Positions 52,813 to 63,571 of a stretch of 64,000 nucleotides of DNA are shown here, piece by piece. The stretch is from Thermodesulfobacteriota bacterium (GTDB lineage Bacteria; Desulfobacterota; Desulfarculia; JACQYL01): NCBI GenBank assembly GCA_963675595.2, contig CAXXLZ010000002.1, positions 1,152,001-1,216,000 on the forward strand, given 5' to 3'. The notes below the pieces were generated by a model. It was given only the letters and a program-made list of their open reading frames with translations. It made no database searches and had not been told where the DNA came from. The position numbers were made by a program, and so were the translations under genes. Each line of letters begins with the position of its first letter. The first letter of the stretch is position 1.

Positions 52813-54197
52813 CATAAGCGCTAACTTAAGCATTGTTTGCTATGCTTCTTTCCGTCTGAGGAATCAGCCGCTGAAGTGCTCGTTTCCTTGGCGGTTCTCG
52901 CAAATAAAAAGATATGTTATCCCAGCCGGCAATGCATTCGGCCAAGCCGAGTTTAGGGTTCACGGCTTGTTTCAGCAGGTGTAACATAAACATGGTCTCT
53001 CTCCAGAAGCATCGATTTCTACGGTGGTTCTTTTTGGAGTGGGTATCCCCAGGGAAAAAAAGATTCGCCTGCGGCGATCATGGCCTCCACTAAGAAAGCC
53101 ACCAGTAGTTTCCCATGGATCCAGGCCTTGGCTCCTTCGATGTCGGTCTTTCTAAGATGGCCTAAACCGAGAATGGACTTTAGACGCTTGAAAGCGAGTT
53201 CAATTTGCCATCGACCTCGGTACATCTCGAGGACCTGAGAGGGCGAGATTTCACGGCCCAATGTTGTGAAAACAAATATGTAGGCCGCCGCTTCGAGGGT
53301 GTCCGGAGTAACTTGGCGACCTTTTTTCCTCGCCTCTTTTTCTATCGCTTTACGAGCTTTTTCAGTGGCGTCTTTGCTCTTCTTGATGGCACAGATTCTA
53401 CCTGCAACCAAGCGTTGTTCAAATGGAACGAATGCATCCCAGTCGCCAAGCTTATTTACACGTAACGTCCTTAGATGAGGGAGTAATTGGAATCGTTCCC
53501 CTTGCTTGTCCACCATGGCGACACGGTGTTTCATTCGAACCAGGACGTCGCCGCCGTTGTCTATGACATGGTGAATTCCTCTTGGTGTGCAATAGGCTCT
53601 ATCCGCTACAAGAAGTTCACCGCCATGGACTTTGAAATTGGTGAAGGATTCTCCGATCTTGGGGTCTGTTACATAGACTTCGTCGCAGCGCAGCGAAGGC
53701 AATTGTATGGAATAATGGACCCTCCAAGTCGTTCCGGTACTTCCAGGTTCTTGAATGGTGGAGGCATCGATCAACCTGATGCGTGAATTCTCTCCAAAAA
53801 CAACGGCGGGCAGCTTTCGAAACCATTTCTCCATGACCCCTAAGGCCATCCACCGAAACCACTCTCCGCATTTATTCAGTCGTTTTAGGAGAGCTACGTC
53901 GGAAATCGACGTAATGTTGCCGAACCTGGCTTTGGCCGCCGTCAGCCGAAGTGAGCAACCTTCCGCCAGATGGATCAGAAGCGTTCGCAACAGACCTTCG
54001 GCGTCCACGAACTTACGGTATCTGACAACGGCACCAAGTTCCCTTGCTTTGGATTGCCAGCCATCGGGAAGAAAACCCTGGAGAACTTCCCAGTCTTCCA
54101 TTTCCTCGGAAAAAACGAGACGCTCCATTGCCACCTCCTTTGGCGGCAACGGTACCATAAACCTCACCAAAACAAAAGGCTTAAGTTAGCGCTTATG
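52813..54197 (-). mobile_element. IS4-family element, 1385 bp
   Basis: Perfect 19-bp IRs CATAAGCGCTAACTTAAGC; 11-bp target duplication GGGGAACTCCC (52802-52812, 54198-54208). Confidence 0.95.
53019..54128 (-). CDS. IS4-family DDE transposase
   Basis: IDAS, ADRAY, YRGRWQIELAFKRLK (YREK); AGGAGG RBS. Confidence 0.93.
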   Translation of the reverse strand: MERLVFSEEMEDWEVLQGFLPDGWQSKARELGAVVRYRKFVDAEGLLRTLLIHLAEGCSLRLTAAKARFGNITSISDVALLKRLNKCGEWFRWMALGVMEKWFRKLPAVVFGENSRIRLIDASTIQEPGSTGTTWRVHYSIQLPSLRCDEVYVTDPKIGESFTNFKVHGGELLVADRAYCTPRGIHHVIDNGGDVLVRMKHRVAMVDKQGERFQLLPHLRTLRVNKLGDWDAFVPFEQRLVAGRICAIKKSKDATEKARKAIEKEARKKGRQVTPDTLEAAAYIFVFTTLGREISPSQVLEMYRGRWQIELAFKRLKSILGLGHLRKTDIEGAKAWIHGKLLVAFLVEAMIAAGESFFPWGYPLQKEPP

Positions 54198-56370
54198 GGG
54201 GAACTCCCCCGTAAGGTGATCAGCGATCTTGAATCCTGGTTGTCCGAAAATCCGGACAAAGTGTGGGAAAACAGTTGGGTGCGGTTTCGCCCGCACGCCT
54301 TGTCCCCTCTGGCCTCGAGGGTGCTGGATGAAGACCTTCGATGCGACAAAAGAGATCCTGATTCCGGCCTGCGCGGCGACGTGGGACGGTTTCATCTTTT
54401 CAGCAACGGAGAGGCACACCTGCGCGTACCGGTGAGCTATCTGCTTAAGCTGGCTCTGGCGGATGTAGCGGGGGTCCAGGCAGACGGACCTCCTTTGATC
54501 GGAAGCATCGCAACGCGGCTGATGGGTCATTTTCAGAGTGATAACACTTCCCCGGAGACCTTCTCGTTTTACGTGACCCCTTCGAGTACCGGTCAAGGGA
54601 TGGGAGAGGGCGTGGCTGCGGAGACGGCGCTGAGATTTCTGCTGACCCAGCTCCTGGTCCAATACGCAGGGAGAAGATTCGGCCTCCTTGAATCGGGACA
54701 GCGTGTTCTGGTGTACTTCTCCCCTCATCCGCCCGTCCGTCAAAAGGCCCTGAACGACATCATCACCGATTCCTTTTATAGGGAACTGTTCATGAACCCG
54801 TGCCTTTCAGGATGGGACCGGGGCGAGGACAAGCACAGGTACATGCATTTATGTCACCAGGTCCTCTCACGGGCCCAATTGAACGCCCTGGGCAGATTGA
54901 AGGAAGCGGGGATCATCAACAGCAACCTGGTGGTATTGCCCAGCTCCTCCAACAGCAGTCTATTGAACAACGGCGTCCACATCAGCTTGGGAAGCCGCAT
55001 GCTTACGCACGCCTTGTCCGACGCCTTCTCCGGCTTCCTGCCCGCGCATGAAAAGTATTTCGGCGACCTGGTCATCAAGTTTATGGAACATTTCCTGCCC
55101 CTTTTTGTGGGCACCTACAGCGCAGCGCCCTACCGCCTTGATTTTGGGGACTTCCATCCGGAGCGGGTCCTTTCCTTCCTGCCCTATCAGTTGGACTACA
55201 CCCATCTGCGCATGATCTGGCGCCGCTGGAAGAAAAAGGCGCACATCCAGGTTCGTCCCTTCGGTTTTAGGCTCACCCCTTTCGGTCCCCCCTTGGTGGA
55301 CGGCATGCTGAGCCGTTTTCTGCGTCTCAAAGGAGATTTTGTACCGGATTTCAGACTGCTGGACTATCTGGTGGGTGTCATGAGCACGGATCGCTCCCCC
55401 GCCTTGGACGGCCGGCTCGGTAATGAAGAACGGCTGAAGCGCGACTTGGTGGAGCTTGGGGTATTCGACTCTCAGATGCCCGTCTATCTTCTTTATCGGC
55501 TCCGTGAATTCCTCCGTAGAGGGTTTTCGGGCTTCGAGGGGCGCATATACAGCCAGTTCGCCGGATTCAACAGGGATCTGGCCCCAGCCGTGGACCTGCA
55601 GAATCTGTTGACCTGTTTGGCTTTTCAACTCATCGCAAACGGACGCCTCGTCCATCACCACATACCGGACAACCCGGAAGTCGAAAGCGAGAGAAGGCAG
55701 GTCTTTTTCGCCGCAGCCATTGGTCTGCCTACGTTCTACGTAAGAAAGAACACGGAGAACCTGATGCTGCGCAGTCTGTTGAAAAAGGTTCCCGAAGTGC
55801 GTCACAGCAGAAGATACCCGGGCTTTCTCAGGGTCAAACTGGAGGCGTACCGCAGGACGCTGGTGCAATGGGTGATGGAGGAGGGTGCGAACTTGATCGA
55901 ATCCTCGGGATTGAAAGAAACCATGGAGGATATTCAACTGCGATTGGAGCAGCCCGACAGCCGGTCGGCCGGCGGACGGCTCACCAAAGGTTCCATGGGC
56001 ACGTCCAAAACGCCTGATCCCATGGACATGAAGGCGGCGGAATTTAACCGTGCCACGGAAGCGTATTACCGGCAGAGCCTTCGGCTGCGGCATACGGAGG
56101 AGGCCCTGAGCGTCCTCGAACAATCCTTGGGCTGCGCGGTAACCCATGCTGGATTCAGGGATTCAGGGTTGCGGGAGACGCTGAACCGAGTTCTCGATGG
56201 AACAGCCTGCCTGGATTTCGTCCGATCGGTGACCAAGGACGTGGTCTCCGAGACCGCGTCCGAGGAAAACCTGATCCGATTGATCGACCTGGTGCTCATC
56301 GTCATCCATCAGGCAGGGATTCAGTCGTCCCGAGACGTAACCTCCGCACCGCATAGAGGAGAAGAGACGT

Positions 56371-57411
56371 ATGCGGACGCCCGCGCATCAGTATATTGAT
56401 GGACGTACCGGTAGAATCCGTTCCGAGCGTCCCATGGGGGACAGGTTCGTAAACTTCCTTTATTCGGAAGTCCGTGAAAGTGCGCCCTTGGTTTTCAGGG
56501 CCCTCACCAGCTCCAGGAGCTCGAGTATCCTGGGGTATCTGAACTTCGAACCCTTTCTATCGCTCCACCTCCGATCCGCCGGGAAATTGATGCATCACTG
56601 GGGCGTGGATCCCAGCCAGTGCCTGGAAGAACCGGACCGCCTCGACACCCCCTACAAACTGTTCACTCGAAAGATCCGGTACTGGGAATGCCGCCCCATG
56701 AACAAGGATCGCCGTGGGGTGGTTTCGCCCGCGGATTCACGGGTCCTGATCGGATCCCTCGAGAAGACGTCCGCTCTGTATGTGAAAGGGAAGTTCTTTC
56801 ACTATCCCGAACTTCTGGGAAACGACAAGGTCCGGTGGCTGCAAGCCTTCGCAGGGGGCGATTTTGCCATTTTTCGGCTCACACCGGACAAGTATCATTA
56901 TAACCATACCCCGGTGGCCGGCCGGGTGGAGGATATTTACGAACTCGACGGAGATCATCACTCGTGCAACCCCGGAAGCGTGGTCCGGATGGTCACTCCT
57001 TATTCCAAGAACAGACGGGTAATCACCATATTCGATACGGAGCCGGCCGGTGCAAGCGGAGTGGGCCTGGTGGCCATGATTGAAGTGGTGGCGTTGATGG
57101 TGGGCAAGATCCGGCAGTGCTACAGCCGCCACAAATATGAAGACCCGGCGCCCGTAAAGCCGGGCATGTTCCTCGAGAAGGGGCGCCCGAAAAGCCTTTT
57201 CCTGCCTGGAAGCAGCACCGTGATGCTCCTGTTTCAACGCCGGCGGATCCAATGGGACGAGGAACTGCTCCGTAATCGATCGTTACCGGGCGTATCGAGC
57301 AGGTTCAGCTCTCTGTTTCGAGAACCCATGGTGGAAACCGATCTCGATGTCCGTTCGCAAATAGGGCGAGCGGCTGATGAAGTACGGAGTCATACGGGGA
57401 ACAACTTTTGA
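56371..57411 (+). CDS. psd: Phosphatidylserine decarboxylase family (pyruvoyl-dependent) protein
   Basis: FTRK, SPADSR, RLTPDKYHYNHTPV, PGSSTV self-cleavage motif. Confidence 0.87.
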   Translation: MRTPAHQYIDGRTGRIRSERPMGDRFVNFLYSEVRESAPLVFRALTSSRSSSILGYLNFEPFLSLHLRSAGKLMHHWGVDPSQCLEEPDRLDTPYKLFTRKIRYWECRPMNKDRRGVVSPADSRVLIGSLEKTSALYVKGKFFHYPELLGNDKVRWLQAFAGGDFAIFRLTPDKYHYNHTPVAGRVEDIYELDGDHHSCNPGSVVRMVTPYSKNRRVITIFDTEPAGASGVGLVAMIEVVALMVGKIRQCYSRHKYEDPAPVKPGMFLEKGRPKSLFLPGSSTVMLLFQRRRIQWDEELLRNRSLPGVSSRFSSLFREPMVETDLDVRSQIGRAADEVRSHTGNNF

Positions 57412-57629
57412 AAAATTTCCCCCGTACCCCTTTTCAAAACTTTTCGCGCATGCGCAGCCCTTTGGGAGGCGCTTAGAGGAGAAGCTCGCGTGGGGGAGGT
57501 CTCTTGACCAGACTCCAAAGACTGTATAGTGGTTTTCAGGCCTTTCTCGGGCTGAGGTGCGCTGCGAAAGGTTCGAGTGCGGCGCCGTTAGCGGACTTGA
57601 AAGCTCTTCCTCCTCGCGAACCGATTTGA

Positions 57630-59460
57630 CTGATCTTTGACAGTTCAAAAAAACTAATGCATTAATTTCAGCTGCTTATACGAAAAAGAAAGGTTTATGG
57701 CACTACGTTTTGGTGCTCCTGGAGAGTCTGCAAAGTGGGCGGCGGTTTGAGGCCGACGGCTTGGAAGATGTGGTAGGCGCGGCCCTGGAATTCCGTTCTG
57801 AGGAGGTAGGACTTCTCCGTGACCTGTAGATGGATGGCTTTGAAGGCTTCGAGGTCCAGGAGAACTTGGTCCCAGGGGATGTCGATTTCTTTGGTCTTGA
57901 GCTGTTTCTGCAGCGCGATCTTCAGGTATAGGGCCAGGAAATTGCAGAAGATGTGACCTTGAACGCGTTGACACCGTTGGTGGAACACGGGCCTGACTTC
58001 CAGGGCCGATTTGAGGTCCCGGAAGGCTCTTTCCACCTGCCACAGGCGTTTGTAGGTGACCGCGACTTCATCGGCGGGAATGTCGGTACTGGTGAGGAGA
58101 ACATACTTGCCGTCGAAGCGGGCGTCGTCCTTGACCTTGGCGGGATCGATGCGCACGGTTTCCCGGTCGAGCTTGATGAATTTCCTGAAGCCCTTGTTTC
58201 CCACCAGAGACTGGGGCCCCTGTTTTTTCAGGGTGGTTTTCAGTTTTTCCACAAGGGCCGATCGGGTGGCCTCGTCTTTGGCCGCTTGGTCTTGGTTGTA
58301 ACAGAGGACGTAACGGCATCCGTTCAGATGAATCTCCTTGAACCACAAGGTGGGAGTGAGCGCTTGGTAGTAGCCCGGAGTGTCCACCACTTGGCCTCGG
58401 ACATCCTGGTAACGGCGCATGGGGATGCCCACGATGTAGTCGATACCGGCACGCTCCAGTTCCACCAGATTGTCGACGCCGACCATGCCGCGGTCCGAGA
58501 CCAGGACCACGTTGTTCAGGGAGAACCGACGCTTGACCAGGGCGATGATGCGTTTGATGGTGGTGACGTCCGCCGTGTTCCCTTCCCAGAACTGACAGGA
58601 AAGGGGATATCCTTTTCGGGACATGACCACACCCACCAACACCTGTTTGCGGTCTGGACGATGGTCCTTGGAGAACCCGTACCGAGCCAACTCGGCAGGC
58701 CCCCGGCCCTCGAAGTAGACCGAGGTGGTGTCGAAGAAAACGAGATCCACCCCGTAATCGAAGAGGTCGCGCCCCCGACGGAAAAGTTCCTTCTCGATTT
58801 CGGGCTGATATTCGGCCAGGAAATCCATGGATCGATAGAGGTGCTGAAGTTCCAGGTCGTCGAAGCCTTCACCGTGGACGTTCTGAATCCAACGGCTCGC
58901 GGCGAGATCGGATCCCGGACGGACCAAGCGTTGGCAGACACAGGCAAAGACCGCGCGCTCCAGATCGAAGCGATAATCGGAGCGAGAAGCGAGAGATCGG
59001 AGTACCACATCGAGCCCCAAGGTCTTCCAGAGTTTCTCGATCACCAGAACGGTTCCCCAGGACTTGGCCCAGTCTGCCTTGACACTACCTTCCTTATAAA
59101 GATTGATGACTTGATTCCGGGTGGAGAACTTGGCGAGACTGGTAAGAACCCCGTCCAAGGCACCCGATTCACGGAGCTTGTCGAGACGACCCAGTGTACA
59201 TATAACTTTCTGTTTTACCTTCTTATCCTGGCGATAGTTCTCCACGATCTGAAGATATTCATGCTCGGATCCGCCGCTTTTGACCTTTTTGACGCGTGCA
59301 AACATGAAACAAATTGTACGGAATACAGGTCGGCGGAGTCAAGGAAAAAATCGGACATATTGGCACTACGTTTGGAGCCTCGGAAAAAGGCCAGCCTAAT
59401 CATTTCGGTAAGTTAGGCGGGAGAGGCCCACTTTTTCACCCTCCAACTGTCAAAGATGAG
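57630..59460 (-). mobile_element. IS1634-family element
   Basis: IRs CTGATCTTTGACAGTT / AACTGTCAAAGATGAG; flanks TTTGA and TCTGA are an imperfect duplication. Confidence 0.88.
57695..59305 (-). CDS. IS1634-family transposase
   Basis: YLQIVENYR, FFDTTSVYFEG, GFSKDHRPD, SDRGM, VERAFRDLK..RPVFH. Confidence 0.95.
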   Translation of the reverse strand: MFARVKKVKSGGSEHEYLQIVENYRQDKKVKQKVICTLGRLDKLRESGALDGVLTSLAKFSTRNQVINLYKEGSVKADWAKSWGTVLVIEKLWKTLGLDVVLRSLASRSDYRFDLERAVFACVCQRLVRPGSDLAASRWIQNVHGEGFDDLELQHLYRSMDFLAEYQPEIEKELFRRGRDLFDYGVDLVFFDTTSVYFEGRGPAELARYGFSKDHRPDRKQVLVGVVMSRKGYPLSCQFWEGNTADVTTIKRIIALVKRRFSLNNVVLVSDRGMVGVDNLVELERAGIDYIVGIPMRRYQDVRGQVVDTPGYYQALTPTLWFKEIHLNGCRYVLCYNQDQAAKDEATRSALVEKLKTTLKKQGPQSLVGNKGFRKFIKLDRETVRIDPAKVKDDARFDGKYVLLTSTDIPADEVAVTYKRLWQVERAFRDLKSALEVRPVFHQRCQRVQGHIFCNFLALYLKIALQKQLKTKEIDIPWDQVLLDLEAFKAIHLQVTEKSYLLRTEFQGRAYHIFQAVGLKPPPTLQTLQEHQNVVP

Positions 59461-59636
59461 TCTGATGTATGGATCGCCAGCCAAATCATATCGCCGGATT
59501 CCTCACCGTGCCAGGTTCCGGTGAGACCTCCACATACGGGTGGTGGAACGGGTTTCTTCGCCAACGCAGTACCACATATTAACGTGATCATCATTACTGA
59601 CGACAATAAAATGGTCAAACGTAGCGCTTTTTTCAT
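59461..59636 (-). pseudogene. 5' fragment of a secreted-protein gene truncated by IS1634
   Basis: AAGGAG RBS, signal peptide and LTGTWHG, running straight into the IS end. Confidence 0.65.
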
Positions 59637-60893
59637 TGTTTTTGTCTCCTTTAGCTTACTCTACCATTCTATTTTATGAACATCGTACGCGAAATAAAGA
59701 ACATACTTAGCATATCAAACAGTATTCGTGACTACGCTTTTCACTTGCTATAAAAGGGTAATTTAGGCATAATTCCTATATTGTACAAATCACATGGATT
59801 TACGATCCTAACATGCTGCATCATATTGTTACGAAATACATTCGTTATCCGTCAATAGTCCGCCCTTCATATACGCAGCAACCAAATTTGCCGCAAAATA
59901 ACCCGAAAGGTTCAATTCGATCCGCCGTCATTAACTATTCGTAGGAGATGGTGTTCGGCAGAACGTTCGGACCCCTCCCAGAATCGCCAATGCAATATTA
60001 TAAATGTACGGAAGGCTCGCCCCGTAAGCTTTCGGTTATAGCTTCTTCACTATGGAGTTTAGCAGGGAGCGGCAATTCTGTATGTACCGGGATCTACTTA
60101 CATGCTTGAGCGATAGAATCCCTACGCGCCTGCAAGGGAATTCCCCCGCATGGAAGCAGTGGGAAAAATCAGGGCATACGGGTTCCGCATTGCGAAGACC
60201 TGTACTGAGTGCCATCGGACGGATGTTGTTGAATTCGTGGCTGGGGTTGGCGACGCAATAGGATCCTGTGGAATTGGATGAATACGTCGTCGCGCCCAAG
60301 CACCTGCACGGTGTTTAATCGCCACGCGCCGTAGAGGCGGTTCGCGAACCTCCCCTACGGGAAAGGTCCGGAAACCGGTGGGTAAAGCGTCCCGTGAATT
60401 CCCGTGTGGGGACGCCGGTCCACCGAATGGATCATCATGCGATTGTCCAAAGCCGGAGCAAGGATTGCCCGCCATGCCGGGTTTCGGCAAGTGCGTGGAG
60501 GCTCTCGTTTTCCTCGGCGACACCACTACCCGTCGGTATTCGGTCGGCGGCATTGAGAATGCATGATTTCAGAAGAGGGTTGCAGGATTCCGATAGGAGA
60601 GGTATTTCTATAAATATGCGGGAAAAGGGTTGCAAACGGATTTGGAGAGCGCATTCTCGGTTTCTTGTCCGGCTTTCCACCCTTTTCGCCCTTTAGAACC
60701 ATCCGAAGGACCTCGAAGACAGGGGAAAGGCGTGCGGAACCTCTGTTTGAGAGAGTAGCTCTACATAGGGCAGGCCGCGGAAGAACGGAGCGAACCGGAA
60801 GGCCATAATGAAGGCAACCTGCCTCCGCTTCCGTGAGTACCGCGCCGAAGGCCTGCCGTTCACAGACACCGATCCGATAAGAGGAGTCCCAAG

Positions 60894-61673
60894 ATGAGCT
60901 ATGAGGCCGTAATTGTTAAGAAAGACGAAATGCACGTTGGTGAAATCACCCTGAATCGTCCGGAAAACCTGAATACGTTCAGCAGCAAGATGGCCCAGGA
61001 GCTTGGTGAAGCGCTATTGGAGTTGGAAGCGGACAAGAACATTCGGGTGATTCTGATCAAGGGAGCGGGAAAAGCTTTCTGCGCGGGCATTGATGTAAAT
61101 GAGCTGGCCGGCAAGACACCGATGGAATATCGGGAATGGATCGAAAGAATGGAAAAACCGTTGGTAACCATATCAACAATGAAAAAGCCGGTGATTGCTC
61201 AACTGCATGGCGTTGCCGCCGCCAACGGGATGGGACTTATCGCCGCCGCGGATCTGGTTGTGGCCGCGGAGGATGCTCGTATGGGTCTTACGGCGATCAA
61301 CGTGGGCCTGAATTGTGTGGGTCCCGTGATCCCCGTTTCCAAGTGTGTCGGGCGGAAGAAAGCCCTGGAATTGCTGCTTTACGGTAATCTCATCGGCGCC
61401 GGGGAGGCACTCCATCTGGGGCTCGTCAACAAGATCGTTCCCAAGGATGAACTCGAAGCCGAAGCGCGCCGTTATGCCGAAGAATTAGCCCAAAAAAGCC
61501 CCATCGCCGTTCAGATTGCCAAGAGCGCATTCTACAAGTCCGAAGATATGGCCTACGAGGAGCAGTTCGCCTTCATGAACGAAGCTTTTGCCCGTTTGTG
61601 CACAACGGATGATGCAAAGGAGGGCGTGGCCGCCTTCTTCGAAAAGAGAAAACCTGTTTGGAAAGAAAAATAG
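60894..61673 (+). CDS. Enoyl-CoA hydratase/isomerase family protein
   Basis: LNRPENLN, AFCAGID, KPVIA, DAKEGVAAFFEKRKP. Confidence 0.93.
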   Translation: MSYEAVIVKKDEMHVGEITLNRPENLNTFSSKMAQELGEALLELEADKNIRVILIKGAGKAFCAGIDVNELAGKTPMEYREWIERMEKPLVTISTMKKPVIAQLHGVAAANGMGLIAAADLVVAAEDARMGLTAINVGLNCVGPVIPVSKCVGRKKALELLLYGNLIGAGEALHLGLVNKIVPKDELEAEARRYAEELAQKSPIAVQIAKSAFYKSEDMAYEEQFAFMNEAFARLCTTDDAKEGVAAFFEKRKPVWKEK

Positions 61674-61969
61674 AATCACAAACAGGGGGCGATTCGCGAT
61701 TTTCCTGATGAAGATCATCAGTCCACCGACCGTGTGAGGCCCCCGGGTTGATCCGCCGGACAGAATGGTTCGCGGGGAACCGGTCCGCCTGCGCCATGTC
61801 CGACCATGCGGCTCCGGCTGTCATGATCTCGAAGACAGGGTCGCGAGGCCCGAAGGCATGGTTCCCGGAAGCCCACATCAGGCGGAGTACAAAGAGGTCC
61901 GGAGCGTGTCCTCTCTTCCATGAGAGGACACGCTCCGGCCGCGAATGGTAGCGGACGGCAAATCAGCTC

Positions 61970-62839
61970 TCAGGGCCGACGTCTTCTCCTGAGCCCCGCG
62001 AGCCCCAACAAACCCGAACCCAGGAGCCACACCGCGCCTGGAATGGGGACCGGGGCCACGTCGGCGAAGGCGTCCAGCTCACCTCCGGCAAAACCGCTGA
62101 TGCCTTCCACCTTGACATATTGAATCCAGTCGTAGCCCGATTCGGCAAGATCGAACCCGGTACCGCCGCCGGAACCGTTATAGAGGGCGATGGCATCGGC
62201 GGCGGACAGGCCGCCTGCAAGAAGCGTCGCGGCCAAGGAAGGATCCACCGGTTTGGTGAAGTCCGACTCCGTGTCCGTCCATTGGCCGTTTTCGCTGTCC
62301 CACAGATAGGCCTGCGTGGGAAAGGCGGTGTCGCAGTACGGACCGTTGTCATAGGTGTACCAGTTCTCCCCGTCCTGGCTCACCGACACGACGATCGGCT
62401 CGAACCAGGCGCCTCCCACGAGCATGTAGCTCTCCATGTCGCTGAGGTCGCTTACGAAACCGCTCCCCACATAGAAGCCGTTGCCGAAGACCAGCAGATC
62501 GACCCCATACGGGTTCAACGGATCGTCCTCGACCTGATGATCGAACGCCACCGTGACATACTGGCCGGTGTTGAGGGTGGTGATCAGCGTTTCGTCGTTC
62601 AACCCCACATTCCAGGCGGGTTCGACCAGCTTGACCCTCCCCGTCGCGGGCTCGAACCCTGTGTTCTTAAAGTTGGTCGCCGGTTTGCCCAGCACCGCAT
62701 AGGGATCGTTGTACTGGGTCGTTGCCGTCAGGCTGCTGCTGTAGTCCACCAGTTCCGTCGCATACTCGGAATAGCCGAAGGCCGGGGCGGCAAGCATCAA
62801 ATGGGCCATGCAAACAAGAAATATCTTTTTCGCTCTCAC
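61970..62839 (-). CDS. VPLPA/PEP-CTERM surface protein
   Basis: Signal peptide; PVPIPGAVWLLGSGLLGLAGLRRR. Confidence 0.9.
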   Translation of the reverse strand: MRAKKIFLVCMAHLMLAAPAFGYSEYATELVDYSSSLTATTQYNDPYAVLGKPATNFKNTGFEPATGRVKLVEPAWNVGLNDETLITTLNTGQYVTVAFDHQVEDDPLNPYGVDLLVFGNGFYVGSGFVSDLSDMESYMLVGGAWFEPIVVSVSQDGENWYTYDNGPYCDTAFPTQAYLWDSENGQWTDTESDFTKPVDPSLAATLLAGGLSAADAIALYNGSGGGTGFDLAESGYDWIQYVKVEGISGFAGGELDAFADVAPVPIPGAVWLLGSGLLGLAGLRRRRRP

Positions 62840-62896
62840 TGATTGGCTCTCCTCTTCGTTGCGGCATCGGAAATGATAACCGGGTCTCCTTCCACT

Positions 62897-63526
62897 CTAG
62901 CGAAGGGCTTTTCTGCGCCACCCCGCGAGCCCCAACAGACCCGAACCCAGGAGCCACACAGCTCCGGGGATCGGCACGGGCGCGGACGTGAACGGGATAT
63001 CCAACTGGTCATCCGCGTAATCCGGCAATGAAGCGAACCACATGATGGCATTGAGGCCTTCGTACTGACCGTCCGCGAGAAGCTCCTCGGTGATTCCGGC
63101 GGTGTTGAAATCCCACTCGCTGTCTCTCCAGGTCCCCCAACGGGCGTAGGGATCGCTGGTGCTCGCCAGGTTCCAACTGCCCTCCTCGACATGTAGGTGG
63201 ACCTCTTCTCCGTCGTCGTATCCGATGTTATAGACGAAGGCTCCTCCGTACCCGGTTGTCACCGTCAAAATGCCCGCATCGTTAAAAGCGGCGAGCATAT
63301 CCGATTCGTACTGATCTCCGTCCCAACGGTACCCGAAGGCATGTGACTCGGTAATGGTCGCTTCACCGTTGTCCAATCGGTTCCAGTCCACCACCAAAAT
63401 CGACTCGTTGGACCCGGAACCCGCCCAAGCGTCCACCTCCACCCAAGTTCCTTCGAAATTGTAAGGCGTTGCCTGAGCCGCCGTTGCGATCATGAGCAGA
63501 CAAATCATAACCAATAGCTTCCGCAC
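62897..63526 (-). CDS. VPLPA/PEP-CTERM surface protein
   Basis: Signal peptide; PVPIPGAVWLLGSGLLGLAGWRRK. Confidence 0.9.
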   Translation of the reverse strand: MRKLLVMICLLMIATAAQATPYNFEGTWVEVDAWAGSGSNESILVVDWNRLDNGEATITESHAFGYRWDGDQYESDMLAAFNDAGILTVTTGYGGAFVYNIGYDDGEEVHLHVEEGSWNLASTSDPYARWGTWRDSEWDFNTAGITEELLADGQYEGLNAIMWFASLPDYADDQLDIPFTSAPVPIPGAVWLLGSGLLGLAGWRRKALR

Positions 63527-63571
63527 GGCTTTTTCTCCTTTCATCTCCGGTCGTTTCACTTGCCGACGCGA

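Larger units (their letters stand above)
52547..56399 (+). pseudogene. Large putative carboxylate-amine ligase (GS/GCL-like), interrupted by IS4
   Basis: Removing the IS and one target duplication restores HHRGELPRKV and an 818-aa frame; GIENE, NNGVHIS and FEGR motifs. Confidence 0.75.

Noticed and set aside
59361-59376. TGGCACTACGTTTGG as a sigma-54 promoter
   Set aside because: The -12 is GG rather than GC; it is an internal IS1634 repeat also present at ~57698
59943-59990. GGAGATGGTGTTC resembling a fluoride riboswitch
   Set aside because: P1 does not pair, there is no downstream TGATGAC motif and no suitable gene follows
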